Source: a virus (taxonomy: Duplodnaviria > Caudoviricetes). Taken from it: DNA of 64,000 bases. The stretch spans positions 13,829 through 77,828 of the IMG/VR virus record IMGVR_UViG_3300012943_000004. One strand, written 5' to 3'. Shown here in pieces: positions 44,440 to 53,513 of the stretch. The notes below the pieces were generated by a model, which saw only the letters and a program-made list of their open reading frames with translations, made no database searches and was not told the DNA's origin. Within the stretch, counting starts at the first letter, position 1, and the number at the start of each line of letters is the position of its first letter. The position numbers and the translations under genes were made by a program.

Positions 44440-46026
44440 ATGCCGTTCCAAAAGGCGCCATCGTGCGCTGATTGTCCGTCCTGTCTGACCGCGGGAGACG
44501 CAAGTAGCTTCTTTCGCAAGGGTATTGGCGTATCTGCCTGCGCAAGGTTCGGTACACCAATGGCAAGGCCGGACTCGAGTCCCGACGAGATCGCAGCTCG
44601 TCAGCGCCACTTCGCTTCCAAGTGCCCCAAGTTCGGAGAGCCGAAGCCTCAGATCCCCAACTTCGAGACCGTCAAGATGGAAGTTCTTCTCGGTATGCCG
44701 CAAGTCGGAAGCGGTGAAGGCTACGCGCCGGAACTCGTCTCGTCATGCAAGGCGTGCGTCCACTACCTCAATGAGGACAAGGTTGCAAACGAGTGGGGCT
44801 GGAGCGTTCCTATCTGCGCCGCAAAGGGAACGCTGCTTCTCGGCAATCGATTGACCGTGGAGTCGAAAGACTGCGAATACAAGTCTTTCGCCGGCATATC
44901 CCTCGGTAACGGCACCCCCAACGGTGACGGCTTTTCTACAGGCTGGTACAAGTCGCTCCAGTTCCTTCCGGAGTATGCGCCTGGATTTACAGGATCGGTT
45001 GCGACAGCGTTCGTTCAGGTTCAGCAAGAGCTGATCGAGCCGTCGACTTACGAGACCGACGCTCCAGTCAGCGCAGACGATGCAGCCAGCGGGATTCGTG
45101 CCTGGCGCAAGATCGTGTCGCAGGAGGATGAAGTCTTCTCGGTGATGATCCCGGTCTACGAGCGGAGCTTCTTTACTCCCTTGGAGCAGCGAAAGATCCC
45201 GAACACTGGCGACTCTGAGCACCCTGAGCACTATGTCGACCACTTCGACGGAGTATATACAGCCTCCTTCTGCTGGCAGGTGACCGACCAGACTCCAGCT
45301 TTTTGGGGTCAGCCCGGAACCGGAAAGACCGAGTTTCTGCGCCATATGGCATGGCTCATGCAGATTCCGTACGAGCGCTTCAGTATCACAGCCTCGTCGG
45401 AGCTCGAGGATCTCGCCGGAAAGATCATGGTTAACCCGACTGACGGAACATACTTCCAGTACGGGCGGTTCGTCAAAGCCTGGCAGCGTCCCTGCGTGCT
45501 CGTCGTGGACGAACCGAACACTGGCCAGAATGACGTCTGGCAGTTCTTCCGTCCACTGACCGACGACTCCAAGCAACTCATTCTCGACATGAACGACGGC
45601 GAGACGCTGGATAGGACCGACGGAACCTTCCTGGCCTTCTGTATGAACCCAGCCTGGGACGTCAAGAACGTTGGAGCGAATCCGATCTCGGACGCCGACG
45701 TGAACAGGCTCATGCACAACGAGATCCCTCTGCCTGACGAATCGGTGGAGATGGAGATCATCAAGCAGGCCTGCGAAGATGGCGGATTCGAGCTCCGTCA
45801 AGACCAGCTCGAGACGATCATGGCGATCGGCACAGAGATCCGCGGACTGTGTGACAACGGCACTCTCCCAATCACCTGGGCGATCCGACCACAGATCAAA
45901 GTGGCCCGCGCACTGCAGGGCTTCAAGCCTCTCAAGGCATATAGTCTGGCGGTTGCAGATTTTCTGGAGCCGTCCGTTCGTGAGCAGATTCTCGACGTAG
46001 TGAACGCTCACGTGTCCGAAGGATAG
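44440..46026 (+). CDS. MoxR/CbbQ/CobS-type AAA+ ATPase with Cys-rich N-terminal domains
   Basis: GQPGTGKT Walker A, VVDEPN Walker B, FCMNP, DVNR; N-terminal CxxCxxC clusters. Confidence 0.88.
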   Translation: MPFQKAPSCADCPSCLTAGDASSFFRKGIGVSACARFGTPMARPDSSPDEIAARQRHFASKCPKFGEPKPQIPNFETVKMEVLLGMPQVGSGEGYAPELVSSCKACVHYLNEDKVANEWGWSVPICAAKGTLLLGNRLTVESKDCEYKSFAGISLGNGTPNGDGFSTGWYKSLQFLPEYAPGFTGSVATAFVQVQQELIEPSTYETDAPVSADDAASGIRAWRKIVSQEDEVFSVMIPVYERSFFTPLEQRKIPNTGDSEHPEHYVDHFDGVYTASFCWQVTDQTPAFWGQPGTGKTEFLRHMAWLMQIPYERFSITASSELEDLAGKIMVNPTDGTYFQYGRFVKAWQRPCVLVVDEPNTGQNDVWQFFRPLTDDSKQLILDMNDGETLDRTDGTFLAFCMNPAWDVKNVGANPISDADVNRLMHNEIPLPDESVEMEIIKQACEDGGFELRQDQLETIMAIGTEIRGLCDNGTLPITWAIRPQIKVARALQGFKPLKAYSLAVADFLEPSVREQILDVVNAHVSEG

Positions 46027-46030
46027 AAAG

Positions 46031-46333
46031 ATGAAGCTCTTCCCCTTATTGGCAGCTGTGGCATGTATTGCTTCAGTGCCAGCCTGTCACTCCGATTCGC
46101 CTCCCCCTGTTGTGCTGTCGCAGAGGGCAATCATACAGATCGCAAAAGCTCATGAAGTCAAGATCTGCATGATCGTGGGACACAGCGCTGATCCAGTCAG
46201 CGAGTCCGAGGCCTTAGTCAAAGGCGCGATGCCTGGAATCAGTGACCATGACACTGGAGTCGTCATTGGCTGGGCAGTCAGCGACCGCTGTCCGCTCTAC
46301 ATTCTCAAGCTCGCCTCTCAGTTAGGAGAGTAG
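46031..46333 (+). CDS. Putative lipoprotein (DUF732-like helical domain)
   Basis: Signal peptide ending in VPAC; ...AVSDRCP motif. Confidence 0.55.
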   Translation: MKLFPLLAAVACIASVPACHSDSPPPVVLSQRAIIQIAKAHEVKICMIVGHSADPVSESEALVKGAMPGISDHDTGVVIGWAVSDRCPLYILKLASQLGE

Positions 46334-46334
46334 T

Positions 46335-46784
46335 ATGCCCGATGCTCTGCCCCAGGATACCGAATCTTTTTGGGCAGGCGAGGACGCAAGTCTCTATCGG
46401 TTCGGCTGGGACGTTATGCCTTACGCCGTTGCGAGTCGCTTCTTCGCTAAGGTCGAAAAGAATGTAGACCTCGGCTGGATTGACCCTTCCACCCAGGAAT
46501 TGTCTCCTTGCTGGATATGGACCGCTGGCACGCACGATAAAGGCTACGGTCGCTTCTGGCTAGGAATGATCGACGGCAAGAGGGTATGGGCATATTCTCA
46601 CCGTATCTCGTGGGAGCACTTCAATGGCCAGCGCGTCCCGAAGGGCTGCATTGTCGACCACAAGTGCAATCACAAGCTTTGCTGCAATCCCGAGCACCTG
46701 GAGCCGATCACAAACCTCGAGAACATCGAGCGCGCTCGAAAGCGCAGGCCGTGGAAAACTCGCAACCAGTACAGCAAGGAGTAA
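46335..46784 (+). CDS. HNH endonuclease
   Basis: CWIWTA...GYGRF...SHRISW...VDHKCNHKLCCNPEHL...EN. Confidence 0.9.
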   Translation: MPDALPQDTESFWAGEDASLYRFGWDVMPYAVASRFFAKVEKNVDLGWIDPSTQELSPCWIWTAGTHDKGYGRFWLGMIDGKRVWAYSHRISWEHFNGQRVPKGCIVDHKCNHKLCCNPEHLEPITNLENIERARKRRPWKTRNQYSKE

Positions 46785-46786
46785 CA

Positions 46787-47014
46787 ATGCCGATCGTAGA
46801 GAACGTGACTCAAGTCACGAGATATACATGCGATAATCCAGACTGCGAAAAAGAGGTTCTGACAGACACTCCAGAGGACATCATCGGATGGTATTTCGGA
46901 AGTGTAATCCATCATCACTTAACAGGTGGCGATGGGGGAGATTGGGTCGCCTGTTCAAAGAAGTGCATCCAGAAAGCCGTGCTTGAAGTTATCTTTAGGA
47001 AGGATTACGAATGA
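46787..47014 (+). CDS. Small zinc-binding hypothetical protein
   Basis: AAGGAG RBS; CDNPDC...CSKKC. Confidence 0.75.
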   Translation: MPIVENVTQVTRYTCDNPDCEKEVLTDTPEDIIGWYFGSVIHHHLTGGDGGDWVACSKKCIQKAVLEVIFRKDYE

Positions 47015-47331
47015 CAGACCAAATCACGACTATGCAGATCATTCTTGACGAAGAGAGTGCGCTCAATGAGTTTCAGCGAAACTCGTTCATTCGTACCTTC
47101 AGGTCTGAGCTCTCCGTAGTTAACGGGATGCTTGACCTTCGAAGTCGTGGCACGTCGATTTCCAAGGCTAAGATCAAGCTTCGCTGGGAGCGCCTGTTGG
47201 GGATCGTTGGAATCTACATGATTCTCGATGCACAGGCTCTTCACGCAGGCGCTGGCGCCCTAGCGAAGCTTCCGACCCAAGAGCTTCAGGATCTGTTCGC
47301 TTCGGTCAGTGCCAGGATGCGCGACCTCTAA
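47011..47331 (+). CDS. Hypothetical protein
   Basis: 106 aa; ATGA overlap. Confidence 0.75.
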   Translation: MTDQITTMQIILDEESALNEFQRNSFIRTFRSELSVVNGMLDLRSRGTSISKAKIKLRWERLLGIVGIYMILDAQALHAGAGALAKLPTQELQDLFASVSARMRDL

Positions 47332-47366
47332 GTAAGTTCGCTAACTCTCCCCAAGGAGAAGTATTC

Positions 47367-50144
47367 ATGTCAACAGATGTTTTTAGGTCAGATCAAGCGA
47401 TAGACCTAACTCAAGCTCGCGCACGCGAGGCGGTCCGTAAGTTCCGGCCCATGCAGGCTGGACTTACGGGCTTTGCGCGTGCGCTCACAGGGCGAAACGT
47501 CACAGTCGAACTCGCTGTCGGGATACCTCGAACCGATGGGAAGAGGATTTACTACCATCCTCCCATCGCTCTGGGTGACAACCATACTCACGTCAGGAGT
47601 CTCTGTAACAAGCGTGATCCAGAGACGTTAGTCCTGAAGTGCAAGGCCTGTGATGTTCACGAAGAAATCATGGTGGACATCTACCATGAGATCGGGCATA
47701 TCGCAGGCGGCTCATTCGAGAAGCCGTCACAAGAAGATATCGACGTGATGATTAAGGCCTCAATCGACGAGCGCGGCTCGAAGTACTCGAAGCTGGTTCA
47801 GGACGCCCTTAAGCAGAGGCAGACTCAAGCTGGTTACGGCTACATCTCAGTGAGTTCTCTACTGAGTGAGTACATGCCGATTCTTGTGAACGTTCTCGAG
47901 GACTGTCGAGTCGACGTTGCTATGCATCGCGCTCGCAAGGGCACAAAGATCATGTTTGACTCGCAGACTCAGAAGTTGTTCCGCGACGGCAAGGAAGCTG
48001 ACGACGGCACTATTCTTCACTGGATCGACAGGCCCGTCAATCATCAGGCGGTAATCGGAATCCTGCTGATTGCCTGCAAGTACAAGTACGACGGCTGGCT
48101 TTTGCCGGAAATCGAGGAGATGCTCAAAGATGAAGAACTCAACAGAATTGTCCGACGAATCGACTCGGCAACCCGAGCCAAAGACGCCTATCGGCTCGCC
48201 TTTCCGGTTCTCGACCGACTTCGGGAACTTGGGTATTGTAAGCTCCCTGAAGACCCTATCCAGGATGAGCCCGAAGATGAGCCTGAAGAGTCAGGCGAGC
48301 CTGGTGAATCTGGAGAGTCAAGTCAGGAAGAGTCTGATGAAAGTGGATCGTTGGATGAAAGTGGCGATCCAGGCCCTGCGTCAGAAGATGGCTCAGGTTC
48401 TTCTGGATCTCCTGAGTCCGATCCTGGAGAAGAATCTGCGTCTGAAGAAGGCGATGACTCCACTGATGGTTCGCCTGGAGATGGCAGCGAGTCCTCTGAT
48501 GATTCTTCGGATAGTAGCGATGGATCTGGGAGTGGAGAGTCAGATCCTGACGGTGATGCTGGATCGTCAGACGGCAGCGGTACTGAAAGTGGAAGAAACG
48601 ATTCGTCAAACGAAGAACAGGAGCAGGTAGATGGCACAGATAGTGACTCGGTATCTCCAGGATCTGTCGATGGTGAGGGATCTCCGTCCGTGGAGGGACG
48701 CGGCGCCGGAGGCACAGCAGATGAATCTCCTCAGTCCGGGAGCTCGCAGCGAGCGCCGGAAGGTAGTGATCCTGGGGAGGATTCAGAAGAGGGGAGAGCC
48801 GACTCGTTACATCAAGGTGACGAAGATGGAGCACCATGCGGAAGTCCAGATCAAGCTGGGTCCGGAGGTGGAGCTGGTGACGGTAACGAGCTCGTACTGG
48901 AAGGATCCAGCGATGAGGCTGTCCCTGGACGACACGACGAGAGCGGCGAGCCAGATGGTGAGGGAGATCGCGGAAGCGGAAATGGCCAGGAGGATTCTGG
49001 CAGATCTGAACAGGCATCTGAACAAGCATCTGAACTAGACCCTGTTGAGTCTGGCGAGGACCGCGGGATGGGCGGCGTTCAGACTAATGCTGCGGACGGC
49101 GGAAGAGCTGCTGATCTGAATGCAGAGATCAAGGTCTTTGCGCATCACGATCTGGACTTCAGTAACATAACACCTGAAGATCATGGTTCGTCCGCCGCCG
49201 AGGAAGCTGCGATGGAAGTTGCAATCATGCAGAGTCTGTACTTTGAGACTGCATCGCAGAACGTTGCAGGAGTCAGGATCCATAAGTTCGGTCAGCCAAT
49301 ATTAGACAGTAATGGCGACATCCTTTCCGAGGGCTGGCCCGTGCCTGGAATGTCACAGGCGACTTTAGTCAGGAAGGGCTTCTCGTGCGACATGTCTGTA
49401 GACGAGGCTGTAATCGGCCCGATGCTTCTGCAAATGCGAGCAGTCTTTGCCGAGAACCGCAGAGCTGAAATGCTTCGCAACCAGCGGTCAGGCAGAGTTC
49501 GCACCAAGAGTTTGGGCCGAAGGTTTGCGATCCAGGACGACAGGCTCTTCCAGAAGAAGCGGATTCCCGGCAAGAGATCCTACGGAGCGATTCTTGGAAT
49601 CGACATCTCAGGGTCGACAACTGGTACGAACGTTATCCTTGCCAAGCGTGCCGCTAAGTATCAGGCAGAGCTATTCTTTAGAACAGGCGTAGAGTTTGCT
49701 ATCTACGCCCATACTGCATGGCGAACCACACAGAAGTCTACTCTTGGCGATTCGTCGCTGTGGCTGGACATGTACGAGATCAAGCGATTCGACGAACTCT
49801 GGAACGAGGACACGAAGAGCCGTCTCGACTCCATTGGACCAGACGCGCTTAACCTTGACGGACACGGTTTGGAGTATTACCGTAAAGTCATCGAAAAGAC
49901 GAGCTACACGGATCTCCTTATCGAGTATTTCACTGACGGCGAGATGCCTGCAGCTAATCACGACGAGGAGCTCGAGATCCTTCAGCGCGAAATCAAGGTC
50001 TGTGCGCAGAAGAAGATTCATCTAGTCGGCGTAGGCATCCATACTGATTCTCCGATTCGTCACGGCTTGGATACGGTTCAGATCGATAGTGAAAATGATC
50101 TCAAGAAAGTCATTACTCATATCGGTCAGTTATTCATGCGCTGA
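47367..50144 (+). CDS. CobT-like vWA-domain protein with an N-terminal HExxH domain and a long acidic linker
   Basis: MIDAS DISGS, FTDG; HEIGH and NVLEDCRVD in the N-terminus; D/E/S/G-rich linker of about 270 aa. Confidence 0.85.
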   Translation: MSTDVFRSDQAIDLTQARAREAVRKFRPMQAGLTGFARALTGRNVTVELAVGIPRTDGKRIYYHPPIALGDNHTHVRSLCNKRDPETLVLKCKACDVHEEIMVDIYHEIGHIAGGSFEKPSQEDIDVMIKASIDERGSKYSKLVQDALKQRQTQAGYGYISVSSLLSEYMPILVNVLEDCRVDVAMHRARKGTKIMFDSQTQKLFRDGKEADDGTILHWIDRPVNHQAVIGILLIACKYKYDGWLLPEIEEMLKDEELNRIVRRIDSATRAKDAYRLAFPVLDRLRELGYCKLPEDPIQDEPEDEPEESGEPGESGESSQEESDESGSLDESGDPGPASEDGSGSSGSPESDPGEESASEEGDDSTDGSPGDGSESSDDSSDSSDGSGSGESDPDGDAGSSDGSGTESGRNDSSNEEQEQVDGTDSDSVSPGSVDGEGSPSVEGRGAGGTADESPQSGSSQRAPEGSDPGEDSEEGRADSLHQGDEDGAPCGSPDQAGSGGGAGDGNELVLEGSSDEAVPGRHDESGEPDGEGDRGSGNGQEDSGRSEQASEQASELDPVESGEDRGMGGVQTNAADGGRAADLNAEIKVFAHHDLDFSNITPEDHGSSAAEEAAMEVAIMQSLYFETASQNVAGVRIHKFGQPILDSNGDILSEGWPVPGMSQATLVRKGFSCDMSVDEAVIGPMLLQMRAVFAENRRAEMLRNQRSGRVRTKSLGRRFAIQDDRLFQKKRIPGKRSYGAILGIDISGSTTGTNVILAKRAAKYQAELFFRTGVEFAIYAHTAWRTTQKSTLGDSSLWLDMYEIKRFDELWNEDTKSRLDSIGPDALNLDGHGLEYYRKVIEKTSYTDLLIEYFTDGEMPAANHDEELEILQREIKVCAQKKIHLVGVGIHTDSPIRHGLDTVQIDSENDLKKVITHIGQLFMR

Positions 50145-50162
50145 TTGCCGGATAACACTTCT

Positions 50163-50197
50163 ATGCGGGTACGGTTGCCAGGTAGCCGTACCCGCAT
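50163..50197 (+). terminator. Strong hairpin after the vWA gene
   Basis: ATGCGGGTACGGTTGCC / GGTAGCCGTACCCGCAT, 17 bp with two G-U pairs. Confidence 0.55.
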
Positions 50198-50280
50198 TAG
50201 GATGGAGCCTAAACCCGCGCCACGCTGGCGCGCCTCAATCCGTCCCGCCTGAATTGGCGTATCATAGGAGAACTTAAGAA

Positions 50281-50769
50281 ATGGTAGATCCCACGGAACT
50301 TGCAGAGTACAAGGGCAAGAATGTCATCATGCATCTCATTCAGCCTGATGGATCGTTGGAGGAAGTCGAGGCCCATATCGAGGGCGCGTCTCCCGCTGGC
50401 GTTGCATACAAGGTCAAGGGCAAGCGTGAGGTGCAGCTCGCTGAGCCTGACGGCATCGAGCAGATCGAGATTGCTCCTGTCAAGGAGAAGAAAGCCAGCC
50501 AGAAGAAGCTCGGAATCATCGAGGCTCACAACGTCCGTTCCCACTTGGTCGACAGGCACGGCTATAGCCTGAGCAAGGCCAACTCTATGGACGACGCGGC
50601 CTGTGAGAGCATTCACAGCATGATCGACCACACCGACCTCGGTCACCGACACCTCACTGCAGCAGACAAGGTGCGTGAGGCCGAGGCAAAGGAAGCGGCT
50701 AAGGCTAAGGCCAAGGCTGAGCGGGATGCAAAGGCTGCGGCTGAAGCTGAGGCTGGAGCCAGCGAGTAG
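50281..50769 (+). CDS. Hypothetical protein with an Ala/Lys/Glu-rich tail
   Basis: AGGAG RBS; high-expression-like codon usage; HLVDRHG...HSMIDHTDLGHRH. Confidence 0.8.
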   Translation: MVDPTELAEYKGKNVIMHLIQPDGSLEEVEAHIEGASPAGVAYKVKGKREVQLAEPDGIEQIEIAPVKEKKASQKKLGIIEAHNVRSHLVDRHGYSLSKANSMDDAACESIHSMIDHTDLGHRHLTAADKVREAEAKEAAKAKAKAERDAKAAAEAEAGASE

Positions 50770-50778
50770 GCCGCAATA

Positions 50779-50892
50779 GTCCTGGGAGGGCGCTAAGCGA
50801 AATACGCCAGGACGACCTGACTAATAAAAGACAGAACTTCTGCTTTCTAGCGAGAGACAGAAAGTGATGAAGCCGCCCGAGAATATCAGGTC
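50779..50892 (+). ncRNA. Small structured intergenic RNA candidate
   Basis: GTCCTGG/CCAGGAC, GACCTGA/TCAGGTC and nested CTTC/GAAG, CTTTCT/AGAAAG stems. Confidence 0.45.
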
Positions 50893-50900
50893 ACCTAGAC

Positions 50901-50942
50901 AGTAACGGCGCAAGGATCTTCGGCCATCCTTGCGCCGTTACT
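50901..50942 (+). terminator. 17-bp perfect hairpin
   Basis: AGTAACGGCGCAAGGAT / ATCCTTGCGCCGTTACT. Confidence 0.7.
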
Positions 50943-50959
50943 CTACCTTAAGGACTTTA

Positions 50960-51619
50960 ATGTTTGTCCAAAACGAATCAATGACTGCTTCCAGATTGCC
51001 TATTCAGTTTACTTGCGACAATCCAGGCTGTTACTGGACGACAGGCCATAAGACAATCGAAGATGCAGAGCGGGTCGAAGCTCAACATCTTGCAAACACC
51101 TGTCCTCTGAAAGGAATTAAGCCTGTGGATAAGAATGAACAGCCTACGACTCCTGTACTTCATGGCAGGTCTGTTAGTGAAAAGATTTGGGAAGAACTCG
51201 ACGCCATAATCGCAGCCATCAAGATTCACGATCCCATGCGAACTGAGATCGATATGTTTCGCCTTCAGGGAAAGGCGCAGGGGATTGCTTTCTCGCTCGC
51301 AAAACTTCAGTTCAACTACTATCCAGACGAGCAAGCGGTTCTCCGTCAGGCGCAACGTCGCTGGAAGATGGATCAAAAGCTTATCGAGTGGGAGCCGACT
51401 CTAGGCTACAAGTACAATCCACCGCCTCCTGGAACTCTCGCCAAAAACAGTCCTGCTCCAAAGTCCAGTACTGCTAGGAAACCTGCGACTCCTCGCTCTA
51501 GGCTTTCACCTGAAAGGCAGCAAGCCATTATCAATGGCAGGGCTGGTGGAATGACCGACGAGGACATGGCTTCAATCTTCTTGGTCTCCCTGGAGGAGGT
51601 AAGGGCAATTCAGTCTTGA
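50960..51619 (+). CDS. Hypothetical protein with an N-terminal C2H-type zinc finger and a C-terminal HTH-like segment
   Basis: CDNPGC...HLANTC; GMTDEDMASIFLVSLEEVRAI. Confidence 0.7.
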   Translation: MFVQNESMTASRLPIQFTCDNPGCYWTTGHKTIEDAERVEAQHLANTCPLKGIKPVDKNEQPTTPVLHGRSVSEKIWEELDAIIAAIKIHDPMRTEIDMFRLQGKAQGIAFSLAKLQFNYYPDEQAVLRQAQRRWKMDQKLIEWEPTLGYKYNPPPPGTLAKNSPAPKSSTARKPATPRSRLSPERQQAIINGRAGGMTDEDMASIFLVSLEEVRAIQS

Positions 51620-51648
51620 TTGACAAAGCCGTAAGGTTGTGCTAGAAT
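51620..51648 (+). promoter_or_regulatory. Near-consensus promoter TTGACA-N17-TAGAAT with extended -10 TG
   Basis: TTGACA at 51620-51625, TG at 51640-51641, TAGAAT at 51643-51648. Confidence 0.85.
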
Positions 51649-51673
51649 AGTAGTAACAGAACAGGGAGTCTCT

Positions 51674-51991
51674 ATGAAAAGACGGCAATTCGATCTTTGT
51701 ATCCTCTGTGGAGAGTCTCCTTGTATTTGCAATCAGGCTGTTGTGCCAACAAAGTCTTCTAAAGTCCAGGACCAAGGAAAAAACCCGACTAAATCTCAAA
51801 GAACCAAGAAGCTGGCGTCGCTGCCGACCGGCGGTGCAACACGAGATCTTTCGCTAGAGTCGGCACTTCGTAACTTACTTCCTATTCTGCATAGCTCCGA
51901 GAAACCAAAGGTCGAACGAATGCTGAACGCTCATCGTACAGCCGAAGTCGAACGGAAACTTCACGAATGGCGTGATAAGAATGCGCCATAA
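51674..51991 (+). CDS. Hypothetical protein (CILCGESPCIC)
   Basis: 105 aa; GGGAG RBS. Confidence 0.75.
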   Translation: MKRRQFDLCILCGESPCICNQAVVPTKSSKVQDQGKNPTKSQRTKKLASLPTGGATRDLSLESALRNLLPILHSSEKPKVERMLNAHRTAEVERKLHEWRDKNAP

Positions 51992-52217
51992 CTATAAAGG
52001 AAAGTCGCCGAAGCCTCTCTCTAATAGAGATGTAAAACGAATGACAGCCGCCGTATCGGATCCTCTTCTGTCGGCCAAGGACGCCCTGACTCTATCCGAA
52101 TATCTTCGTAGAGAGAGTCCGTATCGCTGGAAGCGCATGCAGAAGGACTTCGCCTGGGCGCAAAAGAAGTTAGCTAAGGCTGGCGTAAACCCCGAGCAAC
52201 TTAGACTGCTCCTATGA
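51972..52217 (+). CDS. Hypothetical protein
   Basis: 81 aa, overlapping the operon neighbours. Confidence 0.65.
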   Translation: MIRMRHNYKGKSPKPLSNRDVKRMTAAVSDPLLSAKDALTLSEYLRRESPYRWKRMQKDFAWAQKKLAKAGVNPEQLRLLL

Positions 52218-52900
52218 TCGTCGCTAGCGATGGTGTTCTTCTTTTTCTAAACCAAGACTACTCTCACTTCCGTACCTGGGTATGCGCGCCGTGCCAGAGT
52301 CAATGGTGCAGCCATGTTGAGGATTTTATCTCTTCAAATGGAGACGTCAACTTTTATGCACCTGATCAAGTGATATCGCTGCCGTTTATGCCAGACTCGA
52401 GGATCTACGTTCTGATCAGAATCACGTCTGATAGTAAAACACTTCTTGAATACCTAACCTTCGAGGGCTCGACCTTAAGTATCCCACTTGGAACATGGTT
52501 TCAAGGTGAGGGGATAATCTCCTGGAGATATCTTATTTACGAATACGTTCGTAACGAGTTTTCTAGAAAAATCATACTGTGTGAATCGCATCTTCATTCT
52601 AAGAGGATCGACAGTCTTTTTAATACACAATTAAAGACAGCCTCTTACTTCTACCTTGCGCATGGGATTAGGCTGCTTCTAGATGGCTGCTGTAATCTTT
52701 GTTATAGGCAACTTATAAAGTCAGCTGACGAAGCCTCGCGAGCCATCGCTGGAGCAGTAGCGAAGCCGAGTTCTGCGCATCCGAAAGCAGAGCCAACGTC
52801 TGTATACGATCATCGTAACGGATACATCAATCCGGTATCTCTGAAAGGATGGGTCGATCTTAGAGATGAGTACAACAGAAGAGCCTATACGTCCACCTAA
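52214..52900 (+). CDS. Hypothetical protein with a SWIM-like Cys/His motif
   Basis: WVCAPCQSQWCSHV; ATGA overlap. Confidence 0.65.
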   Translation: MIVASDGVLLFLNQDYSHFRTWVCAPCQSQWCSHVEDFISSNGDVNFYAPDQVISLPFMPDSRIYVLIRITSDSKTLLEYLTFEGSTLSIPLGTWFQGEGIISWRYLIYEYVRNEFSRKIILCESHLHSKRIDSLFNTQLKTASYFYLAHGIRLLLDGCCNLCYRQLIKSADEASRAIAGAVAKPSSAHPKAEPTSVYDHRNGYINPVSLKGWVDLRDEYNRRAYTST

Positions 52901-53513
52901 TGAAGATGATGGCTCGGATCCTCCAAAGCCCCCCGAGCGCCTCTATAAGCCTGGCGCTCGACGGTCGAGCCCCTCAATGCGAAACCGAAAATCGGTAGGG
53001 AACTTTGACCCCAGCAGATACGCATGGGTCAACATTCGTGAACTTGAAGTAGTTCTTCAAGTCTCTGAAGATCCTGAATCGGGCGTCGGGGTTGGACCAG
53101 AAATCGTTCTGGTGGTTAGAGCGTTCCCTCGAAGTTACGTGTACCTAAACCTGTCTAACATGAACCATATAGAGCTTGAGGCTCTAAAGGAAATATTTAC
53201 AACTGCCATCGATTGGGCAGAGCCTATCTGCATCGCACGAGACAAGGAAGCCGAAGATGCCGCAAGAGAAGGTGACGACTCTTACATTAGGAACTATCGA
53301 CCAATTCCGCAATTGGTTTTTAGAAAGAGGCTTGAGCGAGAACGGAGCGAAGGCTTATTGCACGGATCTCAGGATGTTACTCCAGGCAGCGAAGGTGGAA
53401 GCGATTCCGCAGGACCGCTTCGAGAGGGCGTCGGCTCTGTGGCTGAACTCGACGAAATCCCTTCTAGCTCCGAGAACAACACAGAGGAGACTGGCGGCAC
53501 TCAGGTCTTATAG
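52866..53513 (+). CDS. Hypothetical protein
   Basis: 215 aa; the 3' end overlaps the recombinase gene in another frame. Confidence 0.65.
   Translation: MSTTEEPIRPPNEDDGSDPPKPPERLYKPGARRSSPSMRNRKSVGNFDPSRYAWVNIRELEVVLQVSEDPESGVGVGPEIVLVVRAFPRSYVYLNLSNMNHIELEALKEIFTTAIDWAEPICIARDKEAEDAAREGDDSYIRNYRPIPQLVFRKRLERERSEGLLHGSQDVTPGSEGGSDSAGPLREGVGSVAELDEIPSSSENNTEETGGTQVL

Noticed and set aside
42083-46011. Long antisense ORFs 42083-43150 and 44743-46011
   Set aside because: They mirror well-supported plus-strand genes (DUF6011-like protein, AAA+ ATPase) and have no recognisable motifs
46335-46784. HNH gene as an intron-encoded homing endonuclease
   Set aside because: The flanking genes are intact and tightly abutting, and no intron structure is seen; it is a free-standing HNH
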